Part shown: positions 14,001-27,800 of the stretch, piece after piece
Numbering within the stretch: position 1 is the first letter of the stretch
How the letters are laid out: each line of letters opens with the position of its first letter
Source: Eledone cirrhosa
Taxonomy: Eukaryota
Reading direction: 5' to 3'
DNA length: 64,000 bases
NCBI GenBank assembly: GCA_964016885.1
Contig: OZ024741.1
Location: 254,944,001-255,008,000, forward strand
Made by a program: the position numbers and the translations under genes
Notes under the pieces: generated by a model
Told to the model about the DNA's origin: nothing
The model's database searches: none
Seen by the model: only the letters and a program-made list of their open reading frames with translations

Positions 14001-17000
14001 GTACGAGTGTTTCGACTTACGAGTGTTTCGACTTACGAGTGTTTTGACTTACGGGTGTTTTGACATACGAGTGTTTCGATACGAGTGTTTCGACTTACGA
14101 GTGTTCTGACTTACGAGTGTTCTGACTTACGAGTGTTCTGACTTACGAGTGTTCTGATTTACGAGTGTTCCGACTTACGAGTGTTTCAGCTTACGAGTGT
14201 TTCGGCTTACGAGTGTTTCGACTTACGGGTGTTTTGACTTACGGATGTTTCGGCTTACGAGTGTTTCGGCTTATGATTGTTTCGACTTACGAGTGTTTTG
14301 ACTTACGGTGTTTCAGCTTGCGAGTGTTTCGACTTACGAGTGATTTGACTTACGGGTGGTTTGACATACGAGTGTTTCGATACGAGTGTTCTGACTTACG
14401 AGTGTTCTGACTTACGGTGTTTCGGCTTACGAGTGATTCGACTTACGAATGTTTTGACTTACGGGTGTTTCGGCTTGCTAGTGTTTCGACTTACGAGTGT
14501 TTCGGCTTATGAGTGTTTCGACTTACTACTGTTTTTACTTACGAGTGTTTCGGCGTACGAGTGTTTTGACTTACGAGTGTTTCGACTTACGGGTGTTTTG
14601 ACTTAAGGGTGTTTCGACTTACAAGTGTTTCGACATACGAGTGTTTCGACTTACGAGTGTTTCGACTTACGAGTGTTTTGACTTACGGGTGTTTTGACAT
14701 ACGAGTGTTTCGATACGAGTGTTTCGACTTACGAGTGTTCTGACTTACGAGTGTTCTGACTTACGAGTGTTCTGATTTACGAGTGTTCCGACTTACGAGT
14801 GTTTCGGCTAACGAGTGTTTCGGCTTACGAGTGTTTCGACTTACGGGTGTTTTGACATACGAGTGTTTCGATACGAGTGTTTCGACTTACGAGTGTTCTG
14901 ACTTACGAGTGTTCTGACTTACGAGTGTTCTGATTTACGAGTGTTCTGACTTACGAGTGTTTCGGCTTACGAGTGTTTCGACTTACGAGTGTTTCGACTT
15001 ACGAGTGTTTCGACTTACGAGTGTTCCGACTTACGGGTGTTTCGACTTACGAGTGGTTTGGCTTACGGTGTTTCGGCTTACGAGTGTTTCGAGTTACGAG
15101 TGTTTTGACTTACGCGTGTTTTGACATACGAGTGTTTCGATACGAGTGTTCTGACTTACGAGTGTTCTGACTTACGAGTTTTCTGACTTACGAGTGTTCC
15201 GACTTTACGAGTGTTTCGGCTCACGAGTGTTTCGGCTTACGAGTGATTCGACTTACGAGTGTTTTGAATTACGGGTGTTTTGACTTACGGGTGATGTGAA
15301 TTACCAGTGTTCCGATTTACGAGTGTTTTGACTTACGGTGTTTCGGCTTGCGAGTGTTTCGACTTACGAGTGTTTCGGCTTATGAGTGTTTCGACTTACT
15401 AATGTTTTTACTTACGAGTGTTTCGGCGTTCGAGTGTTTTGACTTACGAGTGTTTCGACTTACGAGTGTTTTGACTTACGAATGTTTTGACTTACGGGTG
15501 TTTCGGCTTACGGGTGTTTCGACTTACGAGTGTTTCGACTTATGAGTGTTTCGACTTACGAGTGTTCTGACTTACGAGTGTTCCGACTTACGAGTGTTTC
15601 GGTTTACGAGTGTTTCGACATACGAGTGTTTTGACTTACGGGTGTTTCGACTTACGGGTGTTTCGACTTACGAGTGTTTCAGCTTACGAGTGTTTCGGCG
15701 TACGAGAGTTTTGACTTACGAGTGTTTCGACTTACGAGTGTTTCGACTTACGAGTATTTTGACTTACGAATGTTTTGACTTACGGGTGTTTCGGCTTACG
15801 AGTGTTTCGACTTACGAGTCTTTCGGCTTACGAGTGTTTCGACTTACTAATGTTTTTACTTACGAGTGTTTCGGCGTACGAGTGTTTCGACTTCCGAGTG
15901 TTTCGACTTACGGATGTTTTGACTTACGGGTGTTTCGGCTTACGAGTGTTTTGACTTACGAGTGTTTTGACTTAAGGGTGTTTCGACTTACGAGTATTTT
16001 TGGCTTACGAGTGTTTCGACTTACGAGTGTTTTGACTTACGAGTGTTCTGATTTACGGATGTTTCGACATACGAGTGTTTCGACTTACGAGTGTTCTGAC
16101 TTACGAGTGTTCTGACTTACGAGTGTTTTGACTTACGAGTGTTCTGACTTACGAGTGTTCCGACTTACGAGTGTTCCGACTTACGAGTGTTTCGACTTAC
16201 GAGTGTTTCCTGCTTACGAGTGTTTCGACTTACGAGTGTTTTGACTTACGGTGTTTCGGCTTACGAGTGATTCGACTTACGAGTGTTTTGACTTACGGGT
16301 GTTTTGACTTACGGGTGTTGTGAATTACGAGTGTTCCGATTTACGAGTGTTTTGACTAACGGTGTTTCGGCTTACGAGTGATTCGACTTACGAATGTTTT
16401 TACTTACGGGTGTTTCGGCTTGCGAGTTTTTCGACTTACGAGTGTTTCGGCTTATGAGTGTTTCGACTTACTAATGTTTTTACTTACGAGTGTTCTGACT
16501 TACGAGTGTTCCGACTTACGAGTGTTTCGGCTTCCGAGTGTTTCCGGCTTACGAGTGTTTCAACTTACGAGTGTTTCGACTTACGAGTGTTTTGACTTAC
16601 GGTGTTTCGACTTACGAGTGATTCGACTTACGAGTGTTTTGACTTACGGGTGTTTTGACTTACGGGTGTTGTGAATTACGAGTGTTCCGATTTACGAGTG
16701 TTTTGAGTTACGGTGTTTCGGCTTACGAGTGATTCGACTTACGAATGTTTTGACTTACGGGTGTTTCGGCTTGCTAGTGTTTCGACTTACGAGTGTTTCG
16801 ACTTACTACTGTTTTTACTTACGAGTGTTTCGGCGTACGAGTGTTTTGACTTACGAGTGTTTCGACTTACGAGTGTTTCGAATTACGAGTGTTTCGGCTT
16901 ACGTGAGTTTCGACTTAAGAGTGTTCTGATTTACGAGTGTTCTGACTTGCGGGTGTTCTGATTTACGAGTGTTCCGACTTACGAGTGTTTCGGCTTATGA

Positions 17001-17762
17001 GTGTTTCGACTTACGAGTGTTTCGGCTTACGAGTGTTTCGACTTATGGGTGTTTCGACATACGAGTGTTTTGACTTACGGGTGTTTCGACTTACGAGTGT
17101 TTTGACTTACGGGTGTTTCGGCTTACGAGTGTTTCGACTTACGAGTGTTTCGGCTTACGAGTGTTTCGACTTACTAATGTTCTTACTTACGAGTGTTTCG
17201 GCGTACGAGAGTTTTGACTTACGAGTGTTTCGACTTACGAGTGTTTCGACTTACGAGTGTTTTGACTTACGAAAGTTTTGACTTACGGGTGTTTCGGCTT
17301 ACGAGTGTTTCGACTTACGAGTCTTTCGGCTTACGAGTGTTTCGGCGTACGAGTGTTTCGACTTACGAGTGTTTCGACTTACGAGTGTTTTGACTTACGG
17401 GTGTTTTGACATACGAGTGTTTCGATACGAGTGTTTCGACTTACGAGTGTTCTGACTTACGAGTGTTCTGACTTACGAGTGTTCTGACTTACGAGTGTTC
17501 TGATTTACGAGTGTTCCGACTTACGAGTGTTTCAGCTTACGAGTGTTTCGGCTTACGAGTGTTTCGACTTACGGGTGTTTTGACTTACGGATGTTTCGGC
17601 TTACGAGTGTTTCGGCTTATGATTGTTTCGACTTACGAGTGTTTTGACTTACGGTGTTTCAGCTTGCGAGTGTTTCGACTTACGAGTGATTTGACTTACG
17701 GGTGGTTTGACATACGAGTGTTTCGATACGAGTGTTCTGACTTACGAGTGTTCTGACTTACG
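11091..17762. repeat. Tandem higher-order duplication, period 3,346 bp (11091-14416 and 14437-17762)
   Basis: Identical ORF translations at a constant offset of 3,346: 11627/14973, 12200/15546, 13032/16378, 13639/16985, 14165/17511. Both ends checked by eye. Confidence 0.93.
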
Positions 17763-17770
17763 AGTGTTTT

Positions 17771-20700
17771 GACTTACGAGTGTTCTGACTTACGAGTGTT
17801 CCGACTTACGAGTGTTCCGACTTACGAGTGTTTCGGCTTACGAGTGTTTCCGGCTTACGAGTGTTTCGACTTACGAGTGTTTTGACCTACGGTGTTTCGG
17901 CTTACGAGTGATTCGACTTACGAGTGTTTTGACTTACGGGTGTTTTGACTTACGGGTGTTGTGAATTACGAGTGTTCCGATTTACGAGTGTTTTGACTTA
18001 CGGTGTTTCGGCTTACGAGTGATTCGACTTACGAATGTTTTGACTTACGGGTGTTTCGGCTTGCGAGTGTTTCGACTTACGAATGTTTCGGCTTATGAGT
18101 GTTTCGACTTACTAATGTTTTTACTTACGAGTGTTCTGACTTACGAGTGTTCCGACTTACGAGTGTTCCGACTTACGAGTGTTTCGGCTTACGAGTGTTT
18201 CCGGCTTACGAGTGTTTCGACTTACGAGTGTTTCGACTTACGAGTGTTTTGACTTACGGTGTTTCGACTTACGAGTGATTCGACTTACGGGTGTTTTGAC
18301 TTTCGGGTGTTTCGGCTTACGAGTGTTTTGACTTAAGGGTGTTTCGACTTACGAGTATTTTTGGCTTACGAGTGTTTCGACTTACGAGTGTTTTGACTTA
18401 CGAGTGTTCTGATTTAATGATGTTTCGACATACGAGTGTTTCGACTTACGAGTGTTTCGACTTATGAGTGTCTCGACTTACGAGTGTTTCGACTTACGAG
18501 TGTTTCGGCTTATGATTGTTTCGACTTACGAGTGTTTTGACTTACGGTGTTTCAGCTTACGAGTGTTTCGACTTACGAGTGTTTTGACTTACGGGTGTTT
18601 TGACATACGAGTGTTTCGATACGAGTGTTCTGACTTACGAGTGTTCTGACTTACGAGTGTTCCGACTTACGAGTGTTCCGACTTACGAGTGTTTCGGCTT
18701 ACGAGTGTTTCCGGCTTACGAGTGTTTCGACTTACGAGTGTTTTGACTTACGGTGTTTCGGCTTACGAGTGATTCGACTTACGAGTGTTTTGACTTACGG
18801 GTGTTTTGACTTACGGGTGTTGTGAATTACGAGTGTTCCGATTTACGAGTGTTTTGACTTACGGTGTTTCGGCTTACGAGTGATTCGACTTACGAATGTT
18901 TTGACTTACGGGTGTTTCGGCTTGCGAGTGTTTCGACTTACGAGTGTTTCGGCTTATGAGTGTTTCGACTTACTAATGTTTTTACTTACGAGTGTTCTGA
19001 CTTACGAGTGTTCCGACTTACGAGTGTTCCGACTTACGAGTGTTTCGGCTTACGAGTGTTTCCGGCTTACGAGTGTTTCGACTTACGAGTGTTTCGACTT
19101 ACGAGTGTTTTGACTTACGGTGTTTCGACTTACGAGTGATTCGACTTACGAGTGGTTTGACTTACGGGTGTTTTGACTTACGGGTGTTGTGAATTACGAG
19201 TCTTCCGATTTACGAGTGTTTTGACTTACGGTGTTTCGGCTTACGAGTGATTCGACATACGAGTGTTTCGATACGAGTGTTTCGACTTACGAGTGTTTCG
19301 GCTTGCGGGTGTTTCGACTTACTAATGTTTTTACTTACGAGTTTTTCGGCGTACGAGTGTTTCGACTTACGAGTGTTTCGACTTACGGGTGTTTTGACTT
19401 AAGGGTGTTTCGACTTACAAGTGTTTCGACATACGAGTGTTCTGACTTACGAGTGTTCTGACTTACGAGTGTTCTGATTTACGAGTGTTCCGACTTACGA
19501 GTGTTTCGGCTAACGAGTGTTTCGGCTTACGAGTGTTTCGACTTACGGGTGTTTTGACATACGAGTGTTTCGATACGAGTGTTTCGACTTACGAGTGTTC
19601 TGACTTACGAGTGTTCTGACTTACGAGTGTTCTGATTTACGAGTGTTCCGACTTACGAGTGTTTCGGCTTACGAGTGTTTCGGCTTACGAGTGTTTCGAC
19701 TTACGAGTGTTTCGACTTACGAGTGTTCCGACTTACGGGTGTTTCGACTTACGAGTGGTTTGGCTTACGGTGTTTCGGCTTACGAGTGTTTCGAGTTACG
19801 AGTGTTTTGACTTACGCGTGTTTTGACATACGAGTGTTTCGATACGAGTGTTCTGACTTACGAGTGTTCTGACTTACGAGTGTTCTGACTTACGAGTGTT
19901 CCGACTTTACGAGTGTTTCGGCTCACGAGTGTTTCGGCTTACGAGTGATTCGACTTACGAGTGTTTTGACTTACGGGTGTTTTGACTTACGGGTGATGTG
20001 AATTACCAGTGTTCCGATTTACGAGTGTTTTGACTTACGGTGTTTCGGCTTGCGAGTGTTTCGACTTACGAGTGTTTCGGCTTATGAGTGTTTCGACTTA
20101 CTAATGTTTTTACTTACGAGTGTTTCGGCGTTCGAGTGTTTTTACTTACGAGTGTTTCGACTTACGAGTGTTTTGACTTACGAATGTTTTGACTTACGGG
20201 TGTTTCGGCTTACGGGTGTTTCGACTTACGAGTGTTTCGACTTATGAGTGTTTCGACTTACGAGTGTTCTGACTTACGAGTGTTCCGACTTACGAGTGTT
20301 TCGGTTTACGAGTGTTTCGACATACGAGTGTTTTGACTTACGGGCGTTTCGACTTACGGGTGTTTCGACTTACGAGTGTTTCGGCTTACGAGTGTTTCGA
20401 CTTACTAATGTTTTTACTTACGAGTGTTTCGGTGTACGAATGTTTTGACTTAAGGATGTTTCGACTTACGAGTGTTTCGACTTACGAGTGTTTCGGCTTA
20501 CGTGAGTTTCGACTTAAGAGTGTTCTGATTTACGAGTGTTCTGACTTGCGGGTGTTCTGATTTACGAGTGTTCCGACTTACGAATGTTTCGGCTTACGAG
20601 TGTTTCGACATACGAGTGTTTTGACTTACGGGTGTTTCGACTTACGAGTGTTTTGACTTACGAATGTTTTGACTTACGGGTGATTCGGCTTACGAGTGTT

Positions 20701-23700
20701 TCGACTTACGAGTGTTTCGGCTTACGAGTGTTTCGACTTACTAATGTTTTTACTTACGAGTGTTTCGGCGTACGAGAGTTATGACTTACGAGTGTTTCGA
20801 CTTACGAGTGTTTTGACTTACGAATGTTTTGACTTACGGGTGTTTCGGCTTATGAGTGTTTCGACTTACGAGTCTTTCGGCTTACGAGTGTTTCGACTTA
20901 CTAATGTTTTTACTTACGAGTGTTTCGGCGTACGAGTGTTTCGACTTACGAGTGTTTCGACTTACGGGTGTTTTGACTTACGGGTGTTTCGGCTTACGAG
21001 TGTTTCGACTTACGAGTATTTTGACTTAAGGGTGTTTCGACTTACGAGTATTTTTGGCTTACGAGTGTTTCGACTTACGAGTGTTTTGACTTACGAGTGT
21101 TCTGATTTACGGATGTTTCGACATACGAGTGTTTCGACTTACGAGTGTTTCGACTTATGAGTGTTTCGACTTACGAGTGTTTCGGCTTACGAGTGTTTCG
21201 ACTTACGAGTGTTTTGACTTACGGTGTTTCGGCTTACGAGTGTTCCGACTTACGAGTGTTTTGACCTACGGGTGTTTTGACATACGAGTGTTTCGATACG
21301 AGTGTTCTGACTTACGAGTGTTCTGACTTACGAGTGTTCCGACTTACGAGTGTTCCGACTTACGAGTGTTTCGGCTTACGAGTGTTTCCGGCTTACGAGT
21401 GTTTCGACTTACGAGTGTTTTGACCTACGGTGTTTCGGCTTACGAGTGATTCGACTTACGAGTGTTTTGACTTACGGGTGTTTTGACTTACGGGTGTTGT
21501 GAATTACGAGTGTTCCGATTTACGAGTGTTTTGACTTACGGTGTTTCGGCTTACGAGTGATTCGACTTACGAATGTTTTGACTTACGGGTGTTTCGGCTT
21601 GCGAGTGTTTCGACTTATGAATGTTTCGGCTTATGAGTGTTTCGACTTACTAATGTTTTTACTTACGAGTGTTCTGACTTACGAGTGTTCCGACTTACGA
21701 GTGTTCCGACTTACGAGTGTTTCGGCTTACGAGTGTTTCCGGCTTACGAGTGTTTCGACTTACGAGTGTTTCGACTTACGAGTGTTTTGACTTACAGTGT
21801 TTCGACTTACGAGTGATTCGACTTACGGGTGTTTTGACTTTCGGGTGTTTCGGCTTACGAGTGTTTTGACTTAAGGGTGTTTCGACTTACGAGTATTTTT
21901 GGCTTACGAGTGTTTCGACTTACGAGTGTTTTGACTTACGAGTGTTCTGATTTAAGGATGTTTCGACATACGAGTGTTTCGACTTACGAGTGTTTCGACT
22001 TATGAGTGTCTCGACTTACGAGTGTTTCGACTTACGAGTGTTTCGGCTTATGATTGTTTCGACTTACGAGTGTTTTGACTTACGGTGTTTCAGCTTACGA
22101 GTGTTTCGACTTACGAGTGTTTTGACTTACGGGTGTTTTGACATACGAGTGTTTCGATACGAGTGTTCTGACTTACGAGTGTTCTGACTTACGAGTGTTC
22201 CGACTTACGAGTGTTCCGACTTACGAGTGTTTCGGCTTACGAGTGTTTCCGGCTTACGAGTGTTTCGACTTACGAGTGTTTTGACTTACGGTGTTTCGGC
22301 TTACGAGTGATTCGACTTACGAGTGTTTTGACTTACGGGTGTTTTGACTTACGGGTGTTGTGAATTACGAGTGTTCCGATTTACGAGTGTTTTGACTTAC
22401 GGTGTTTCGGCTTACGAGTGATTCGACTTACGAATGTTTTGACTTACGGGTGTTTCGGCTTGCGAGTGTTTCGACTTACGAGTGTTTCGGCTTATGAGTG
22501 TTTCGACTTACTAATGTTTTTACTTACGAGTGTTCTGACTTACGAGTGTTCCGACTTACGAGTGTTCCGACTTACGAGTGTTTCGGCTTACGAGTGTTTC
22601 CGGCTTACGAGTGTTTCGACTTACGAGTGTTTCGACTTACGAGTGTTTTGACTTACGGTGTTTCGACTTACGAGTGATTCGACTTACGAGTGGTTTGACT
22701 TACGGGTGTTTTGACTTACGGGTGTTGTGAATTACGAGTGTTCCGATTTACGAGTGTTTTGACTTACGGTGTTTCGGCTTACGAGTGATTCGACATACGA
22801 GTGTTTCGATACGAGTGTTTCGACTTACGAGTATTTCGGCTTGCGGGTGTTTCGACTTACTAATGTATTTACTTACGAGTTTTTCGGCGTACGAGTGTTT
22901 CGACTTACGAGTGTTTCGACTTACGGGTGTTTTGACTTAAGGGTGTTTCGACTTACAAGTGTTTCGACATACGAGTGTTCTGACTTACGAGTGTTCTGAC
23001 TTACGAGTGTTCTGATTTACGAGTGTTCCGACTTACGAGTGTTTCGGCTAACGAGTGTTTCGGCTTACGAGTGTTTCGACTTACGGGTGTTTTGACATAC
23101 GAGTGTTTCGATACGAGTGTTTCGACTTACGAGTGTTCTGACTTACGAGTGTTCTGACTTACGAGTGTTCTGATTTACGAGTGTTCCGACTTACGAGTGT
23201 TTCGGCTTACGAGTGTTTCGGCTTACGAGTGTTTCGACTTACGAGTGTTTCGACTTACGAGTGTTCCGACTTACGGGTGTTTCGACTTACGAGTGGTTTG
23301 GCTTACGGTGTTTCGGCTTACGAGTGTTTCGAGTTACGAGTGTTTTGACTTACGCGTGTTTTGACATACGAGTGTTTCGATACGAGTGTTCTGACTTACG
23401 AGTGTTCTGACTTACGAGTGTTCTGACTTACGAGTGTTCCGACTTTACGAGTGTTTCGGCTTACGAGTGATTCGACTTACGAGTGTTTTGACTTACGGGT
23501 GTTTTGACTTACGGGTGATGTGAATTACCAGTGTTCCGATTTACGAGTGTTTTGACTTACGGTGTTTCGGCTTGCGAGTGTTTCGACTTACGAGTGTTTC
23601 GGCTTATGAGTGTTTCGACTTACTAATGTTTTTACTTACGAGTGTTTCGGCGTTCGAGTGTTTTGACTTACGAGTCTTTCGACTTACGAGTGTTTTGACT

Positions 23701-24830
23701 TACGAATGTTTTGACTTACGGGTGTTTCGGCTTACGGGTGTTTCGACTTACGAGTGTTTCGACTTATGAGTGTTTCGACTTACGAGTGTTCTGACTTACG
23801 AGTGTTCCGACTTACGAGTGTTTCGGTTTACGAGTGTTTCGACATACGAGTGTTTTGACTTACGGGCGTTTCGACTTACGGGTGTTTCGACTTACGAGTG
23901 TTTCGGCTTACGAGTGTTTCGACTTACTAATGTTTTTACTTACGAGTGTTTCGGTGTACGAATGTTTTGACTTAAGGATGTTTCGACTTACGAGTGTTTC
24001 GACTTACGAGTGTTTCGGCTTACGTGAGTTTCGACTTAAGAGTGTTCTGATTTACGAGTGTTCTGACTTGCGGGTGTTCTGATTTACGAGTGTTCCGACT
24101 TACGAATGTTTCGGCTTACGAGTGTTTCGACATACGAGTGTTTTGACTTACGGGTGTTTCGACTTACGAGTGTTTTGACTTACGAATGTTTTGACTTACG
24201 GGTGATTCGGCTTACGAGTGTTTCGACTTACGAGTGTTTCGGCTTACGAGTGTTTCGACTTACTAATGTTTTTACTTACGAGTGTTTCGGCGTACGAGAG
24301 TTATGACTTACGAGTGTTTCGACTTACGAGTGTTTTGACTTACGAATGTTTTGACTTACGGGTGTTTCGGCTTATGAGTGTTTCGACTTACGAGTCTTTC
24401 GGCTTACGAGTGTTTCGACTTACTAATGTTTTTACTTACGAGTGTTTCGGCGTACGAGTGTTTCGACTTACGAGTGTTTCGACTTACGGGTGTTTTGACT
24501 TACGGGTGTTTCGGCTTACGAGTGTTTCGACTTACGAGTATTTTGACTTAAGGGTGTTTCGACTTACGAGTATTTTTGGCTTACGAGTGTTTCGACTTAC
24601 GAGTGTTTTGACTTACGAGTGTTCTGATTTACGGATGTTTCGACATACGAGTGTTTCGACTTACGAGTGTTTCGACTTATGAGTGTTTCGACTTACGAGT
24701 GTTTCGGCTTACGAGTGTTTCGACTTACGAGTGTTTTGACTTACGGTGTTTCGGCTTACGAGTGTTCCGACTTACGAGTGTTTTGACCTACGTGTGTTTT
24801 GACATACGAGTGTTTCGATACGAGTGTTCT
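17771..24830. repeat. Two tandem copies of higher-order unit A (3,538 bp and 3,522 bp)
   Basis: ORF offset is 3,538 (18452/21990, 18880/22418, 19675/23213) and then 3,522 (20248/23770, 20696/24218). The 16-bp difference is loss of the ggctcacgag monomer near 23460. Confidence 0.92.
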
Positions 24831-27800
24831 GACTTACGAGTGTTCTGACTTACGAGTGTTTTGACTTACGAGTGTTCTGACTTACGAGTGTTCCGAATAA
24901 CGAGTGTTCCGACTTACGAGTGTTTCGGCTTACGAGTGTTTCCGGCTTACGAGTGTTTCGACTTCCGAGTGTTTTGACTTACGGTGTTTCGGCTTACGAG
25001 TGATTCGACTTACGAGTGTTTTGAATTACGGGTGATTTGACTTACGGGTGTTGTGAATTACGAGTGTTCCGATTTACGAGTGTTTTGACTTACGGTCTTT
25101 CGGCTTACGAGTGATTCGACTTACGAATGTTTTGACTTACGGGTGTTTCGGCTTGCGAGTGTTTCGACTTACGAGTGTTTCGGCTTATGGGTGTTTCGAC
25201 TTACTAATGTTTTTACTTACGAGTGTTTCGGCGTACGAGTGTTTTGATTTACGAGTGTTTCGACTTACGAGTGTTTCGACTTACGAGTGTTTCGACTTAC
25301 GTGAGTTTCGACTTAAGAGTGTTCTGATTTACGAGTGTTCTGACTTACGGGTGTTCTGATTTACGAGTGTTCCGACTTACGAGTGTTTCGGCTTATGAGT
25401 GTTTCGACTTACGAGTGTTTCGGCTTACGAGTGTTTCGACTTATGGGTGTTTCGACTTACGAGTGTTTTTACTTACGGTGTTTCGGCTTACGAGTGTTTC
25501 GACTTCCGAGTGTTTTGACTTACGGTGTTTCGGCTTACGAGTGATTCGACTTACGAGAGTTTTGACTTACGGGTGTTTTGACTTACGGGTGTTGTGAATT
25601 ACGAGTGTTCCGATTTACGAGTGTTTTGACTTACGGTGTTTCGGCTTACGAGTGATTCGACTTACGAATGTTTTGACTTACGGGTGTTTCGGCTTGCGAG
25701 TGTTTCGACTTACGAGTGTTTCGGCTTATAAGTGTTTCGACTTACTAATGTTTTTACTTACGAGTGTTTCGGCGTACGAGTGTTTTGACTTACGAGTGTT
25801 TCGATTTACGAGTGTTTCGGCTTGCGAGTGTTTCGACTTACTAATGTTTTTACTTACGAGTGTTTCGGCGTACGAGTGTTTTGACTTACGAGTGTTTCGA
25901 CTTACGAGTGTTTCGACTTACGAGTGTTTCGACTTACGAGTGTTTCGGCTTACGTGAGTTTCGACTTAAGAGTGTTCTGATTTACGAGTGTTCTGACTTG
26001 CGGGTGTTCTGATTTACGAGTGTTCCGACTTACGAGTGTTTCGGCTTATGAGTGTTTCGACTTACGAGTGTTTCGGCTTACGAGTGTTTCGACTTATGGG
26101 TGTTTCGACTTACGAGTGTTTTTACTTACGGTGTTTCGGCTTACGAGTGTTTCGACATACGAGTGTTTTGACTTACGGGTGTTTCGACTTACGAGTGTTT
26201 TGACTTACGAATGTTTTGACTTACGGGTGTTTCGGCTTACGAGTGTTTCGACTTACGAGTGTTTCGGCTTACGAGTGTTTCGACTTACTAATGTTCTTAC
26301 TTACGAGTGTTTCGGCGTACGAGAGTTTTGACTTACGAGTGTTTCGACTTACGAGTGTTTCGACTTACGAGTGTTTTGACTTACGAATGTTTTGACTTAC
26401 GGGTGTTTCGGCTTACGAGTGTTTCGACTTACGAGTCTTTCGGCTTACGAGTGTTTCGACTTACTAATATTTTTACTTACGAGTGTTTCGGCGTACGAGT
26501 GTTTCGACTTACGAGTGTTTCGACTTACGGGTGTTTTGACTTACGGGTGTTTCGGCTTACGAGTGTTTTGACTTACGAGTGTTTTGACTTAAGGGTGTTT
26601 CAACATACGAATATTTTTGGCTTACGAGTGTTTCGACTTACGAGTGTTTTGACTTACGAGTGTTCTGATTTACGGATGTTTCGACATACGAGTGTTTCGA
26701 CTTACGAGTGTTTCGACTTATGAGTGTTTCGACTTACGAGTGTTTCGGCTTATGAGTGTTTCGACTTACGAGTATTTCGGCTTACGAGTGTTTCGACGTA
26801 CGAATGTTTTGGCTTACGAGTGTTTCGGCTTATGAGTGTTTCGGCTTACGAGTGTTTCAACTTACGAGTGTTTCGGCTTACGAGTGTTTCAGTGTTTCGG
26901 CTTACGTGTGTTTCGACTTACGAGTGTTTCGACTTACGACTGTTTCGGCTTACGAGTGTTTCGGCTTACGAGTGTTTCGGCTTACGAGTGTTTTGACTTA
27001 CGTGTGTTTTGACTTACGATTGTTTGGCTTACGAGTCTTCTGACTTACGTGTGTTCTGACTTTCGAGTGTTCCGACTTACGAGTGTTTCGGCTTATGAGG
27101 GTTTCGACTTACAAGTGCTTCGGCTTACGAGTGTTTCGACTTACGAGCGTTTCGGCTTACGAGTGTTTCGACTTACGAGTGTTTCGACTTACGAGTGTTT
27201 TGACTTACGGTGTTTCGGCTTACGAGTGTTTCGACATACGAGTGTTTTGACGTACGGATGTTTCGACTTACGGGTCTTTCGACTTAAGAGTGTTTCGACT
27301 TACGAGCGCTTCGACTTACGAGTGTTTCGACTTACGAGTGTTTCGGCGTATGAGTGTTTTGACTTACGAGTGTTTCGACTTACGAGTGTTTCGACTTACG
27401 AGTGTTTCGAATTACGAGTGTTTCGACTTACGAGTGTTTTGACTTACGAGTGTTTTGACTTACGGTGTTTCTGCTTACGAGTGTTTCGACTTACGAGTGT
27501 TATGACTTACGGGTGTTTTGACATACGAGTGTTTCGACTTACGAGTGTTTTGACTTACGGGTGTTTTGACATACGAGTGTTTCGATACGAGTGTTCTGAC
27601 TTACGAGTGTTCTGACTTACAAGTGTTCTGACTTACGATTGTTTCGACATACGAGTGTTTCGACTTACTAATGTTTTTACTTACGAGTGTTTCGGCGTAC
27701 GAGAGTTTTGACTTACGAGTGTTTCGACTTACGAGTGTTTCGACTTACGAGTATTTTGACTTACGAATGTTTTGACTTACGGGTGTTTCGGCTTACGAGT

